Of a stretch of DNA of 64,000 nt, positions 1-12,075 are shown in pieces (within the stretch, counting starts at the first letter, position 1; each line of letters begins with the position of its first letter). Both the position numbers and the translations under genes were made by a program. The notes under the pieces are model-generated. The model was not told the origin of the DNA and made no database searches. It saw only the letters and a list, made by a program, of their open reading frames with translations. This DNA comes from Raillietiella orientalis (taxonomy: Eukaryota): assembly GCA_036172245.1 (NCBI GenBank), contig JAYWIR010000001.1, forward strand, positions 6,138,001 to 6,202,000. Direction: 5' to 3'.

Positions 1-3000
1 AACGAGTGGCTGGCAAGAAGCCACGAGACGAGGTGGTGACCGCCTGCCCTGTACCTCCCCCCCCCTCCTTCTACAGGCGCATGCCCATGGCTACCGCACA
101 AAATACGAGAAGGTTGGAGAAGGAAGAAGAAATACATCATCCTTCTTTCCCCGCACCTCCTTCCTCCCTATCTCTGACATTCGCCGCGTTGCCGCGCGAC
201 GGGTAACGCCGCCGCTCCGAAACGGCGTCGTTCCCCGTCGCGCGGCAACGGGCGAAGGTTTCGTGTCGGGTCTCCGTCCCAGCCGTGCGCGCTCCGGATC
301 CGCTGATCTGGGGAGGGCACGGTTTGTTCCCCGGGAAGGGAGGAGGGGTAAGAACCGTGCTGCAAACAAGTGCTCCGTGCGTTCACGTGACGCCGAAGGA
401 AGCGGTCCCCGCCGAACCCGCGCCGCTCCCCCGCGTCCAACCCGTGCCGACGCGTGGAGCTTCTTCGCCTTTGAATTCTCGTCGCTCGCTTACTCTGGAT
501 GAAGGATAGCAGATCTTGAAGCGGATCTTCTGACACTAATCTTCAGCATCTGCCCGACGTGTCGGATGCGCAGCAGTGTCGAGCACCAAGCGCGGACGGG
601 GATCCGCGTGCGCGGGGAAGGGGAAGGAGGAGGCACGGAGAAGAGAAACTGCCGCGTTCGGTCCGACGCTCCCTCGCGCGAGAGGCGGCGGCTTCCATTG
701 TTACGTCACCTCCGTTGGCCGAGACCAACAGAAGGGGACGCTCACAGCAGGAAACTTCGCACGCCTGCGCGCCTCCTGTTCCTCCCGATAGGGGCGCGCG
801 CGCGAAGCATCTCCGTACGCGGGACTCTTCTCCCTTGACCGTGAGAAAGCAGGCTCTCCGAGGTGCATTTTGTTGGTTTGTTCGCCCCCCCCCCTCCCCC
901 GGAAATATGGAAGAAAAAAAAAACAAAAAAAGGCAGCCTCCACCTGGAGACGCGGTTCTCACCGGCAGCGTTGCTCCCGAGAGGAGTCCACTCGCCGGGG
1001 CGGTAAGTCGGAAGAAATAGCGCGGGCGGACGAACTCGCTCGCGCGCGCGAAGCCTCGGATGCGGTTGCAAAAGCCGACTCGTGGGAAGAGGGGTGAACT
1101 TTGCCTCGATGAGCAAGCGTTCTTCGGTTTCGCTTCCTTCCCGCCCGTCCAGCAGCAGCAGCTAATGGCCGGAGGCAGAAGACAACTCCCTCGCGTGGCA
1201 ACCGCATTGTCACGGGGAAACCGAGACGAAGCTCCGAGCGCCAGGAGAAACCGATCCCGTGAAGCATCGAAGGAGTCTTGGTTTCAGCTCGGCCTTGGGG
1301 CTATCCGTCCCCACCCGACTGACTTCCCAATGGCGTCGGTCGCAATTTCCACGACCACCGCTTCATCCGTGCTCCATGTCCCGCAGCGCGCCGCTTCGGA
1401 TGCTGCCGCGTCGGTGAACTGGAAAGTTCCGAACGGGCCGACGGCGCTCGCCCTATCGCGTCAGATGGGCGTGGGGATGCACCTTCTTTGCAAAAGATGG
1501 CGCCGCCCGAAGGCGCACGCCAGACGAAAATCGGACGGCGTCTCTGCTGCGGTCTTCGCGGCACGGTCGTCCGATGCGAGAGAGGGCGCGAAGCCGGGCC
1601 GACCGCCTCGTGCGCACCGGGTGGACTCCAAGGCGGCGGCCATGCTCACTTCCCCCGCGCGCTTCGAGCAGCGTTCGCATCCCGCGGGACTGAAAGCGAT
1701 CCCGGGAGAAAGGAAGACAGAGCGGATCGGTGGCTGCCGCCGAGAAAGGATGCGTTAGGCATCCGTGAGTGCAAGAATGGGGACACCACGAAAGCCCGCC
1801 CTTCCCGGGCGAACCCCGATGCTCGGGTCGGGTGGCCCTCCTCGGCGGCAGGGCGTCCCCGTTCCTCCCACTCGAAAAACGATCCTCCCGAGGATGAGGG
1901 AGCAGCGCTGGGCGACCTTCAGCGAGACGTAGCCTCGCACTCTGCAAAGCGGGAGCGCCCGCGTTCCGAACAATGGGTCGCTCCGCAACAATGGACCGCG
2001 CGCGCATTGTTTCCCCGCGCCGTTTCAGGCAGCGAAGGAGACCGCTTACATAGCGTCGAGAGCACCCGAAGAGTTGCTATCCCCTTCGGCTGCTGCCAAG
2101 GTAACGACTTCGTTGCCTTCCTGCTGGAAACCATCTCCAGGCGAACCGGTACATTTGTCAGCGTACGGTAGGTGCAATTTTAAACGATTTATACTTCGCG
2201 AGACGGCAGTTCCCGCTCCCGAACCCGGTGGCATCCCCGCTGGCAGCAGCTGAGCGATGAGGCAGCGCCCGAGCTCCTCGGACGAGCAGGGGGAGCGTTC
2301 GCGGGCACGGGCGCCATCTCCGCCGGGCACGGAAGCGCGCTGATGAATGGGCGCGCGTGGGCTACGCAATCGCGGCTTCCCCCCTTCCTGGGCTGCCGTC
2401 AAGTCGCATCCGTCCCCCGGCCGCGCTACATGCGCGCGCGGGTGGCGCCACGCCGACCGCGTCTTCGGCTGTCGCTCAGGAGGAGCAAGGACCTCCCGTC
2501 GGAAGAGCGCTTTCGGAGGATACCTGCCGCCCACTCGAGCGCCACACGGTCGCATTCACTCCCAGCTGCGCCCAGGAGGCGCTCTGCCGTCTTCGCCCGC
2601 GTCGGAACCCTGCCGCCGCCGTCGTCCGAGGAGCACTAGGCGCGGCCCTTCGAAGCCTCCTCGCAGTGGACGCCCGGCCGCCTTCGGGAGTTTGGCTGGG
2701 GAAAGCGGGCTGTGCCCTTCCGGATCCGCCCGGTGCCCTCGGTTCCGGGTGCTCACCTCCCGAGTGCGCGTGCTAGAAGACGCCTTGCTCTCCCTTCTCT
2801 TCAGAGCGGCCACGGCCCGGCGCGGAGCGCCATGGGACGAAGCGGAGAAGGGAGGGGGGGACCTTCCTCCTCCTTCGGGAAGTAGGGAAGGACGCGGCCG
2901 GTCTGCTGTGGACACCTGTCCTCTGTCGGAGTGTCGCGACGCCCAGAGGGTATCCGGCAGCAGCGCGGGAGAGGGCTGAAGGACTTCCGGGGTGTAGCAG

Positions 3001-4436
3001 CAAGCGCCTCGCGATGCTCCCGGTGACGACCGGGAGCATCGCGAGGAGCCGCGTGGAGAGCCGTTTCTAGGGGCAACGTGAGACTTCGGGCTACAGGGAT
3101 GCCGCGTCGTCCCCACTGGGAGGGAAGGAACGGGACGGCGGGTGGTTCATCCTGGGGGCCAACGACCCGCTCATCCTCCGTCACCCGCTTCCTGCCTCCC
3201 TCCTTCCCCGTCACCAAGGCGGCGAGAGCGTTCCTCCTGCCCGACCCTACTCGTCTTGCGCCCCGCCCGTCGCGAGGCTCTCCCGGAGCAGTTGCCGCTG
3301 CGAGAGGTCTTTTCCGGCAGCCCCGCGTCGAGGCGTCAGTCCGTCCGAAGAATCCCAAAGCGGACGGGACGCGGCGGACGATGGTGGCGCGGACGGCGGC
3401 AGGACGCGTTGGGCTTCCCGGCCGCGACCCCCACCGCGCGCTCTCTCCGGCCCCGAGCGGCAACGCAGACATCAAAGCGCCACCCTTCTTCCGCTGCCGG
3501 GCTGCTGCGAGGGCACTTCCGACGGGGGCAGTGGCGCCCCTTCCCGTCCTGGCTGCGCTCTCTCCGGCGGCCGCAGACGAGTTGGCAAGTCCGGCGAGTA
3601 GCCACGGCTTCCAGGACCTCCTGCGGGAGAGTGGAAGGAGGCGAGGCGCGCAGCGAGGCCCAAGCGGACCTCCTCCGCGTTGCTGCCCGCGGCTCAAAAT
3701 CAGGGCGGCGGCGCGGAGTTAATGGGAAAGATCGAAACGATTCCAAAATCTAAAAAGGCGAACACCCCCCCCCCTCCCCTTTCCAAAAAAAAGAAAAAGA
3801 ACATACAAAAAGGAAGAAGATGCAGAAATCGCTTCCAGAATAATGGGTTTCAGCAATACGCTGATGCAGCTGCTGAAAGCAGCAGTGGAGAAGAGATTTA
3901 TTTCGGTCTGGAGGTGTTCTGGGATTCCTGCGCAGCGGAGAGACAAAGCGCGCGCGCGCGGCCATTAAAGCCCGCGCGGAAAAGCGAAGGCCTCGAGGAA
4001 TAACGAACTGGCAACAATGAGCGGGCCCGGCATAAGTGGAGACGCCATCTGTGATGAAGCCGCAGACGTTGGCAGCCTTTCCTCGGGGGGGGGGGGGGGC
4101 TCCCCCTGCCGCCGAACGTCTCGGGTTTCCCCCCCCCCTCTCCTTGCAAGGCGGCTGCCACCGTCTCCCCGGAGAGCCACCGGGACGCTCGCTGCCGCTC
4201 CCTAATGGCTGCTGCTGCTGCTGCTGCTACCGTCGCCAGCCGCGCGCGCGCCCGGGGAAAAGGCTCTTCCAAATTAAAACTCGTTAAAACAGATCTTCGT
4301 CCCGGGAGATAAACCGAGTGCTCCGCCATAATTGCTACTGAAAGCAGCGGCGTCGGAAAGCCAGGCGTTCGCGACTGGCGATTGCGGGAAGAAGAGGGAA
4401 GGAGAGAGGGAAGCAAAGAAAGAACGAGAGGTAAAA

Positions 4437-4467
<31 letters not shown>

Positions 4468-4801
4468 GAGGCAGAAAGCATTAAGGAAACCACTAATATT
4501 TTGGCGTACCCGCTGAATTTACAGCGCTTTCAAACGACGGACTGTTAAACAATAAATTTGTGAATTCGTTTAATTAGCCATTGTCTCGGAAAGAGCCGTC
4601 TCAATTAATTAGGCGTTCTCGTAAGCTTCCCCCGCGCACGCGCTCGCCCCGCAGTGCCAGCTGCCGGGCCCTTGCGAACTTACTGGAGCGCGCGCGCGCC
4701 GGGCACCACCGAAAAAAGGAGCCACGTAACACGCCTGCACACCAGAAGCACGCGTGTGGCGCACCCAGAGAAGTCCCGTGTGCACATATATGTGTACATA
4801 T

Positions 4802-5077
4802 ACTCAGAGGCGAACGAAATCTAAAATGAATGCATGCGTGCACACAGATGCATCCTTAAGTCACGTGGGTGTACATGCATATGTGTGCAAGATCTATAGA
4901 TTTGTCCATCTATACGTACGTATGTATGTATACAAACGTATGCATGCACATGGGAGTGTACATAATCATTTACATATATACACATACATCTATGGGAGTA
5001 TATATAACAGCATTTCTATGTGAGTATATAGAGGGAGGAGTAAAAAATTAGCTCTGCGCATCTATCTAGCTATCTAT

Positions 5078-5113
<36 letters not shown>

Positions 5114-5278
5114 GGAATGTATGCATGTAACTATCTATCTGTACGCACCTGAGTAAGAATGTATTCATTTACGTAGCACATATGTAAGAATCTGTCTGTG
5201 GGTATACACATACACGTGACTTAAGGATGCATCCGTGTGTACATACGCATTTATTTTAGATTTCGTCCGCCTCTCAGT
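4802..5278. mobile_element. AT-rich fold-back / MITE-like element
   Basis: 66-bp inverted arms at 4802-4867 and 5213-5278 (CACGTGACTTAAGGATGCATC exact; ATTTTAGATTTCGT exact) around a TA-rich core. Confidence 0.65.
5081..5110. repeat. (AT)n microsatellite
   Basis: About 15 AT units. Confidence 0.95.
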
Positions 5279-6321
5279 GCACATGTGTGAGAATGTATCT
5301 TTACCTATATATATACAGGTACGTAAGAATGTGTCTAGGTATTACAAACATAACGATGCATCCATGAGTGTATATATCTATGTATATACACTTGAGGATG
5401 CATCTGTATCTTCATTTCTATTTCTTTACTTAAAAATTCTCCTCTGTTTCTCTCTGTACGAACGAAAGTTCATCTGTCGGCATACAAATGTATTCGTAAG
5501 ATTTCTATATGTACGTACGTAAAGTATGTGTGTGTGCATACACGCACGTGCGTAAGTACCGACATACTTTTGCAAAGATTCGTTTGTGCGTACACTTTCC
5601 TTATTTAAGGATTCGAGTCAGCACTTCTCCCTCTCTCTGTACTTAGGAATTTGTACACCCGCGTGTGTATATTTAAGTAGGGCATAAAATACGGGCGCGA
5701 CCCACTCCGTTCGCAGCCATCCCCGGGAGCGCAAATCCGTGGAGATGAACCCAGCAGATTTGTCGAGGACCTCACGTATGCGTAGAACGGCAGTTTTCTT
5801 ACGCTACGAAACCGTTGCCAAGGAACTCCCCCCCCCCGTCCCATTGTTGTTCCGTCGCTCTGTTATTCCTGTCTGCGCATTGTTTGCCCGCCTCGCGGCA
5901 TCCCGGGCGAGTCCTAGCAGACGCGCGCGCCGCGATCGGAGTAACCGGAACGCTTTGTGGATTCTTTTGCCAGAAACTGCCACTCGGACGCCACGGCAGT
6001 GGGGACACCCGCTAAGAGGGGGGAAGGGGTGGGGTACTCTCGGTTCCCCTCTTTTCTGCAGAAACGAAAGCGAGCGCGAGTCGAGCCTGGCAGCCGTTTC
6101 AAGGGTTCTTCCTCCGCCAGAACACCCCCCGTCCTGAATTCCATCCGCAGCTCCCGGGGCCCTAGCCGCTCTCCAGTGGCCCCGTCCAGGACGCCCGCTC
6201 AAACACCCGAGGCGACGTGCGATCTGACCGCTTGGGCCCGGCGCCCCGCCGGCGGGAGCTTCCGCAGCGGTCGTTTCCGTGCGGCGCCCCGTTCGGGTCT
6301 TCCCGCCCTCGAAAGGAGGAA

Positions 6322-6880
6322 TCTCGAAGTGTGCCAGGCGCAGGGAGCGTGAATCCCTCCCGCACCCGCTAGTGGACTGTATTGCCCTGCGGCCACTCTG
6401 GGAATGCTTTGCTGCGATCCTTGGAACCCCAGGGACGTTGTACGACTCCTCTTTGTGTGAGGGATGCCCTAGCAGCACTTCGCTTCACTTCGGGGGATCG
6501 TGGCGGCGTGGACAGAAGCCAACGAAGTAATGAACGAAGGGGACGCCAGTTCACAGTTCGCTTTCTGCAGATAGCGTCCAGGCGGCCCCACCTGGGCAAT
6601 ATACGGAACGATCTAGCACGCATCCTGGAAAGGATGCAGGGGACTCCCTCCAGCAGATTGTGATCCCTTCCCGGTCCTCCAGAGTGTTTTCGTTTATTTA
6701 TTTTTATTTCATTTTTTTGTTTTTTCTCCATCCCCCTTCGCTGCTGAGGTGAGTCCAGCCGGTCTGCGCACCGGCGACCCGGCAGGTCAATTGTAGGATC
6801 AGGGCTACAGGTCCCGTCCCACCATGACAGTTGCATGTTTACTGATCTTCAAGAAACGCCCCGGAGCACCCGGGTGGCAA
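6322..6880 (+). mobile_element. 5'-truncated family A LINE 3' end
   Basis: KCARRRERESLPHPLVDCIALRPLWECF; T-rich 3' UTR and conserved stem-loop; terminal GAAACGCCCCGGAGCACCCGGGTG; TSD TCGAAAGG(A/G)GGAA at 6309-6321 and 6881-6893 (12/13). Confidence 0.85.
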
Positions 6881-8769
6881 TCGAAAGGGGGAACCCGATA
6901 TTCGATGGCTTCCGCTCCGCACGCCGGGAGCGGCCTTAGGCGCTCGCGCGCAGGAGACGCGGCAGGCGGAAGCGGCCGGCCGGTGGACGGAAGAAGCGAC
7001 ATCCTGCAAGCCTTCCTCTCCCCACCGTTCCGATGCCAAGTGAGGTGCGGCGCAACGCGGAAGGCGCGCAGGCGCACTTGTCTCCTCGCCGGCCGGCGTC
7101 GAAAGAGCAAACGGACGGAGGGGACGCACCGGCGACCAAGTCGTGGCTGCGTGACAAGCGGAGTTTCCCCTCTCCCGCCTCCCGCGGGACTCGGAGGGAT
7201 CGGCTTCTTGTTCCCACCAGCCCATCGGGATTGCGGCCCGAACAGGCAGGCTGAGAGGCCGAAACCTCGAGCATTCGTTCCGAGCAGCGGCTGCCCCGAG
7301 GGAGACGGCGCGTCGCGTTCTCTACGGAGGTGTCGAAGGGTAGGCGACGCGGGCAGCCGTCCTACTTCCGGGTCGAGCGCCCCCATCTTTCGTGGACGCC
7401 GAGCGAGCGATCCCTGGAGTGTCCCCTGGAGGACCCCCCTTCGACGTAGTCCTTCCCAGAGGGTCCGAACACGCCGGAAAGAGGCTCCTGCGGCCGCCGA
7501 CCCGGAGGCTGCATCTTAGGATCATCGAGACACCCCTCCGCTAACGGTCTGCGGCTCCGCGAGGGGCTCTCGTGGGAAGAGCGCGCCGACGGCGGGCGCA
7601 GCCGCTCCAGGGAAGAGCGGTCGTCTCTCCCCGAAGGCGCCGGAAAGCGGGAAGGCCCCTTCTGCGAGAGGTGGGCCGGCATCCGCGAGACGATGGATGT
7701 TCCGCCACACTCTGGACCTGGCGCACAGGAGCGGTCGGAGGCGACGGTCGTCCCCGTCGCTGCGAGGCAAAGGCGGGGGAGGTGGGCGCGTCTTCGGCGT
7801 GGGCGCGCGGAGGAACCGCAGGCAGGAGACCTGGGGAGCAGCGGCCCGCCAACACCCTCGCAGGGATCTCCTCGAAAGATTCTTCTCCGAGCTGAGATCC
7901 TTCGTGGAGGACGCTGACCACGCGGGTTAGCTGCCCGGTCCTGCGAAGGAGGGCGCACCGGCCTGACTTTTATGTTCAGCCCACTGCACGCCCGCCCTCG
8001 GCGATTTCCGCGTGCCTTCCGGCCCCGGGCAGTCGCTGCTGTCGAAGTCCCGCTCGACGCGGGTGCCAGTCCAGGGCGGTCTGAGAAGCAGGAGGTGAGT
8101 ACAGGACAGATTCCTGCGCAGCCAGGAAGCTCCGTCCGAACCCGCACCAAAGAGTACATTGTACGGAGAATGTAGGGTATCATTCGCATGGTAAGCCCCT
8201 CTCGGAGGCCCCCTTGCTCCGTGGGCAACGCGGTCGCTTCTACCCTCCCCCTCCCCCGCGGGAGGTCGGCACCCTGCTGCGTGGTTCAGTGCCTGGTCGA
8301 GTTGCCGATCGCCGGCGGCAACGTCAAGTCTCGCACGACGCGCCCCCGTGCCGTCGGCAGCCTGCGCCCACCCGGTGCATCTGCCCCTCGTCGCGAGAAC
8401 GGGGGCGGCCGCGGTCCCCGCGGGGAGAGTGCAGGAGCAGAGCGCGCCTCCGAGCCACGGCGCCCACCGTGGGAACAGCCTTGCGGGCGAGACAGTGCGA
8501 GGTGCGTTCACCGTCGTCGCCATGACAACGGGCGCGACGGCGCTTCGGTAAGTCGACGGGATGCAGTGCACGCCGGCGATGCCCGTGGGCATCTGCGAAC
8601 GGTCCCGCGGGCTCTTCCCTCGCCCGTGCCCGGGAGCGCCGAAACGTCCATGCAAACTACAAGCAAGGGGACCTTCCGAGGGTCCTCCGGTTCAGAACGA
8701 AGAGCAGAGAAGTTTTCTGTGGATGACCACCGGCTCGTAGGCCGGACGGCTTTTTAGGGAGTCATGAGC

Positions 8770-9250
8770 GCAAGGGAGGGAGAAGGCAGTCAAAAAAGAC
8801 GGGAGGGCAAGAGCCCTGTCAGTGGTTCCAATCGCTCCTTTCTTCCAAGAGCTGGCGCTGAATGGTATCGATGTCCGTGACGACTTCTTGCAGGTGAGGG
8901 CAGCACCTCGTAACCGTCCTCATCAAGGCGGCTGCCGTTAGGGTGGCCTCCCTTCACTGCGAGCGGGACTCCGTCGCGGAGCGGGCTGCTGCCATGCCGC
9001 GGATGCAGTATCTCGTTGCGATCTCAGCGCCCGCCGTCATCTCGCCTAGCGTGAAGAAGCTCTGTAGCATATCCGAAGCGGGGGGCCCTTCGAGTGGCAA
9101 AGGGAGTCTCCGCCACAGGTCCTCGAGGGCTCCACAGTATCCCGGGAGTTGCGGTAGCGATCCCTTCGCCCTGCTTTTGGAACATTTCAGAGAGTCAACT
9201 CCCCCGGGAACCGGGTGCCTGCACCGGAATCCCTCCAGTGCAGAATCCCC
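8770..9250 (-). mobile_element. Degenerate family B LINE C-terminal fragment
   Basis: SLPQLPGYCGALEDLWRRL...LQSFF...ATRYCIRGMAAARS aligns by eye to the 27.5-27.9 kb copy (CGALQELWRRL...LRRFF...GCIRAIV). Confidence 0.7.
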
Positions 9251-9472
9251 TAAGGGTACTTCTTTCGGCCATTTTGTTTTCTCTGCCATCACCCACGCTA
9301 TATTTCATTTTTATTTTATTTTGCACAGGACGACTCGCCACGACCGCCACAGGTCCGACTTCGCGATTCGGGCTCGAAGAGAAGGGGGACACCGGTTTAA
9401 AAGAGGATGCTGCACGTGATGTCACAAACGGTTGTCTTTGTGGCGAACCCGCTTCTCACAGCAACCCATCGA

Positions 9473-9515
9473 CCGCGTCCGTCCTGCGCCATCCGTTGGC
9501 GCAGGACGGACGCGG
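9473..9515. repeat. Perfect inverted repeat: 19-bp stem, 5-nt loop
   Basis: CCGCGTCCGTCCTGCGCCA-TCCGT-TGGCGCAGGACGGACGCGG. Confidence 0.95.
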
Positions 9516-10849
9516 AACGGAGGAGCGCAAGTCATGGCTCGTGCAGGAAGGAGGAAGGGAACTCTCCACAAGGGAAGGGGTGGGGGGATGGAGGCATCCT
9601 CGCCAGCGGGATCTGCGGAATCCGAAAGCCCACCCAACGGGCGAGGAGGTTTCCTGCATGAGGGGGATGAGGGGGGGACACTGTGAAGAGCGGTCTTGGC
9701 GCGGGACCGATGCGGATGGCAGGAGTCATGAACCTTCGCTATATGGACTGTCCATCAGCAGCGAGTCGCCACCGCAGCTCCGTTCCCGGCTTGCCTGAGA
9801 GTCAAGTCCGCGCGCAGTCGCTTCCGGAAGTCGACGGACGCGGGATGCGGACGGTCATTCGGGCATCCGGCGTCGTCTCCCGGCGCGACTCCTGCGGTTT
9901 GAGTGGCTGCCCACGTCGGAGGCTTTGTGTTTAAGGCTTCCGCGCGTGGCACCATGCGTCGCGGGTTCGAATACTCCGGCAGAAACTGACGCCACTGAGT
10001 CGTTGGGTTCCGGGTTTCTCCTGCAACGGCGCTGGTTGGCCTTGAATGACTATTCGGGCGTGGCACAGGTGGTGGTTTAAGCCAGAGACCCCGGTGAAGG
10101 CCGGAACAATGGGAGTCGACCTTCGGGTCCTTCCAGGAATCAAGGAGTGGGGAGTTCCCTCTTCGATCGTACAACGGAGAGCAAACTCCCCACACCGGGG
10201 GGACCCCTCCGGTTCAAGATGGAGCAGGAGCCCTCACGGGCAGCTGTTCAAAGGAGCGCCCCCCCCCCCTGTTGCGGGGGGACCCTCCGAGTCGTCGCCT
10301 CTTCACAGAGTGTGCACAAGGAAGCAAGCGAGAGCGATTCCCTGCGGGAAGCTGCAGCGTCCCTTCTGAGTTTCGGAAGCATCCCTTCGGGGTTCTCTTC
10401 AGAGGAGGGAACAGGAGCGGTTCCCTTGCGGGTTCCCTCAGGAGAAGAAATTCCTACTAGCGGATCCATTCCGTGTTCCCTTCAGAGAAGTTGAAATGGA
10501 GAGGGCAGCCCTTCCCCATTAGAGGGGGGTGTCTCTCTGGAGAGAATGAGGAAGGAGATTCCCTTCGCGGTTCCCCTTCGGAGACAACCAGGGTGGGAGG
10601 TGCGATCCCCCCAATCCGGAGTGGATCCCTCCCCAGGCGTGAGAGGAACGGACTCCGAGCCCTTCCTGGAGCGCTCTCGGGCGTGCATCAAACTCTCGCC
10701 CAGCAATTCTCGAGGCGACCTCGGCGAAGCCTTGGAAACCGGGAAGAAGCGGAAGTCTGAGAGCGGGCAGGTCAAGCGGGATTCTCCGGAAGCGGTTGAT
10801 GATGACGACTGGAGGAGGTAGAAGACGGTCGGAGCTGGTCACTTATTGG

Positions 10850-12075
10850 ACGGACAGCTACGAAGCGATCCACATGCGCTTCAGCGTCATCGTCCTTGTT
10901 GTTGTTTCGGTTGTTGCACGTCCTTGCTTCGCTCTTGTTGAAGGGAAGAGACAAACGCAGCCTAGGCGCACGACCGAGGTGCTGGGAACGAAGCGCTCGA
11001 GCAGGGGGGCGAAGGCGGCGGCTAGCGGAAGAGTGCTAAAGAACTCTTCTTTTTGCGTCCGGAGGTGGTTCACGGCTGGTTGGAGACCCCGCCTAGAGTC
11101 CTGCTCGGGCATTTCATTGAACGAGCCGGAAGAACCTCCCACCCTTTTTCAGAAGTGGTGAGAGGATCCCTTCGAGTGCCGCCCTCCCTACGGGAAGCAA
11201 GGGACAGCGACCTTCCCGCAAAGTGGAAGCTGTCGAGTAAAATTAAGAACAGGAAAAAAAAACATCCAAATGCGTGGACAACTCGGGAGCTAACCGACTC
11301 TGCCATCCCGAGTGTCCCACCCAAAGGGCTGCTACGCCAAGGAGAGCTGCTAAAAGTTCCTCCAGAGAAAGTGAATTGGCCCCCAACATACTGGAACAGT
11401 GCGACCCTCCCCCCAAAGCGGGGACAAAAGTCGGCGATCTTGCTGTTGCATCGGGGTCTCTTGTGCAACGCCCGCCGACGTCGCTGGACCATAGGGAGGG
11501 AGTGCGAGCCGCAACTGCAGCAGGTGCGGAGAAAGAGGGAGTCCCTCTCTCACCTGCCCATGGATTACGTTGCCCTCCGCTCCCTGTGGGAACGCCCCTG
11601 CCTATCCCCGGGGACGTTCTGAAGCGCCTCGTCCTGCGCGACGCCCCCACGCCGGCGGGCCGCACCCCTGGCAGCACTTTGCTGCCTACGCAGGGTCGTG
11701 GCTGCATGGAGCAATGCCAGAGGAGGCCAGGACGATAGGGACGCCGCCATCTATTTGGCGGTCCTCTTCCTGAGGGTAGCGTCAAGATGGCCCCATCTGG
11801 GGATCTTGAAACAGGAACTTTCCGGCATCCTGCAAAGGATGCAGAGGACGCCCTCCAGCTATCTATAATCCATTTCCGAAGAGCCTCCCAATTTTTTTTT
11901 TGTATATATTTATGTTTTGTCTTATCTTTGTCCCCTTTCTCCTTCCCTCGGCTGCCGAGGCCAACCTCGCCAGCCTGAGTGCCGGTTCTCGGCAGATTCC
12001 CATGGTTACATTAGCAAAGACATGACATGTATGCTTATTTTATATAAATAAACGCTGTGGCGCAGCCGGGTGTCA
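10850..12075 (+). mobile_element. Family A LINE 3' fragment, frameshifted; 5' boundary approximate
   Basis: AWTTRELTDSAIP...LLLHRGLLCNARRRRWT...ESLSHLPMDYVALRSLWER; 3' UTR stem-loop; terminal ATAAACGCTGTGGCGCAGCCGGGTG at 12048-12072. Confidence 0.85.

Noticed and set aside
1..4400. Many overlapping 100-300 aa ORFs
   Set aside because: Arg/Pro/Gly/Ala-rich frames expected from high GC; no recognisable motifs and no coherent splice model.
4490..4615. Cluster of TAAT/ATTA homeodomain-like sites
   Set aside because: Short motifs in locally AT-rich sequence with no conservation data.
6745..6785. SECIS- or ribozyme-like reading of the UTR structure (GUGA...GA)
   Set aside because: No helix of the required length follows the quartet, there is no apical AA, and no hammerhead CUGANGA/GAAA core.
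7930..8400. LINE-like motifs LPTEQGGL and SGLNIK on the minus strand
   Set aside because: Two short motifs in an order that does not fit ORF2; probably decayed LINE but not supportable as a feature.
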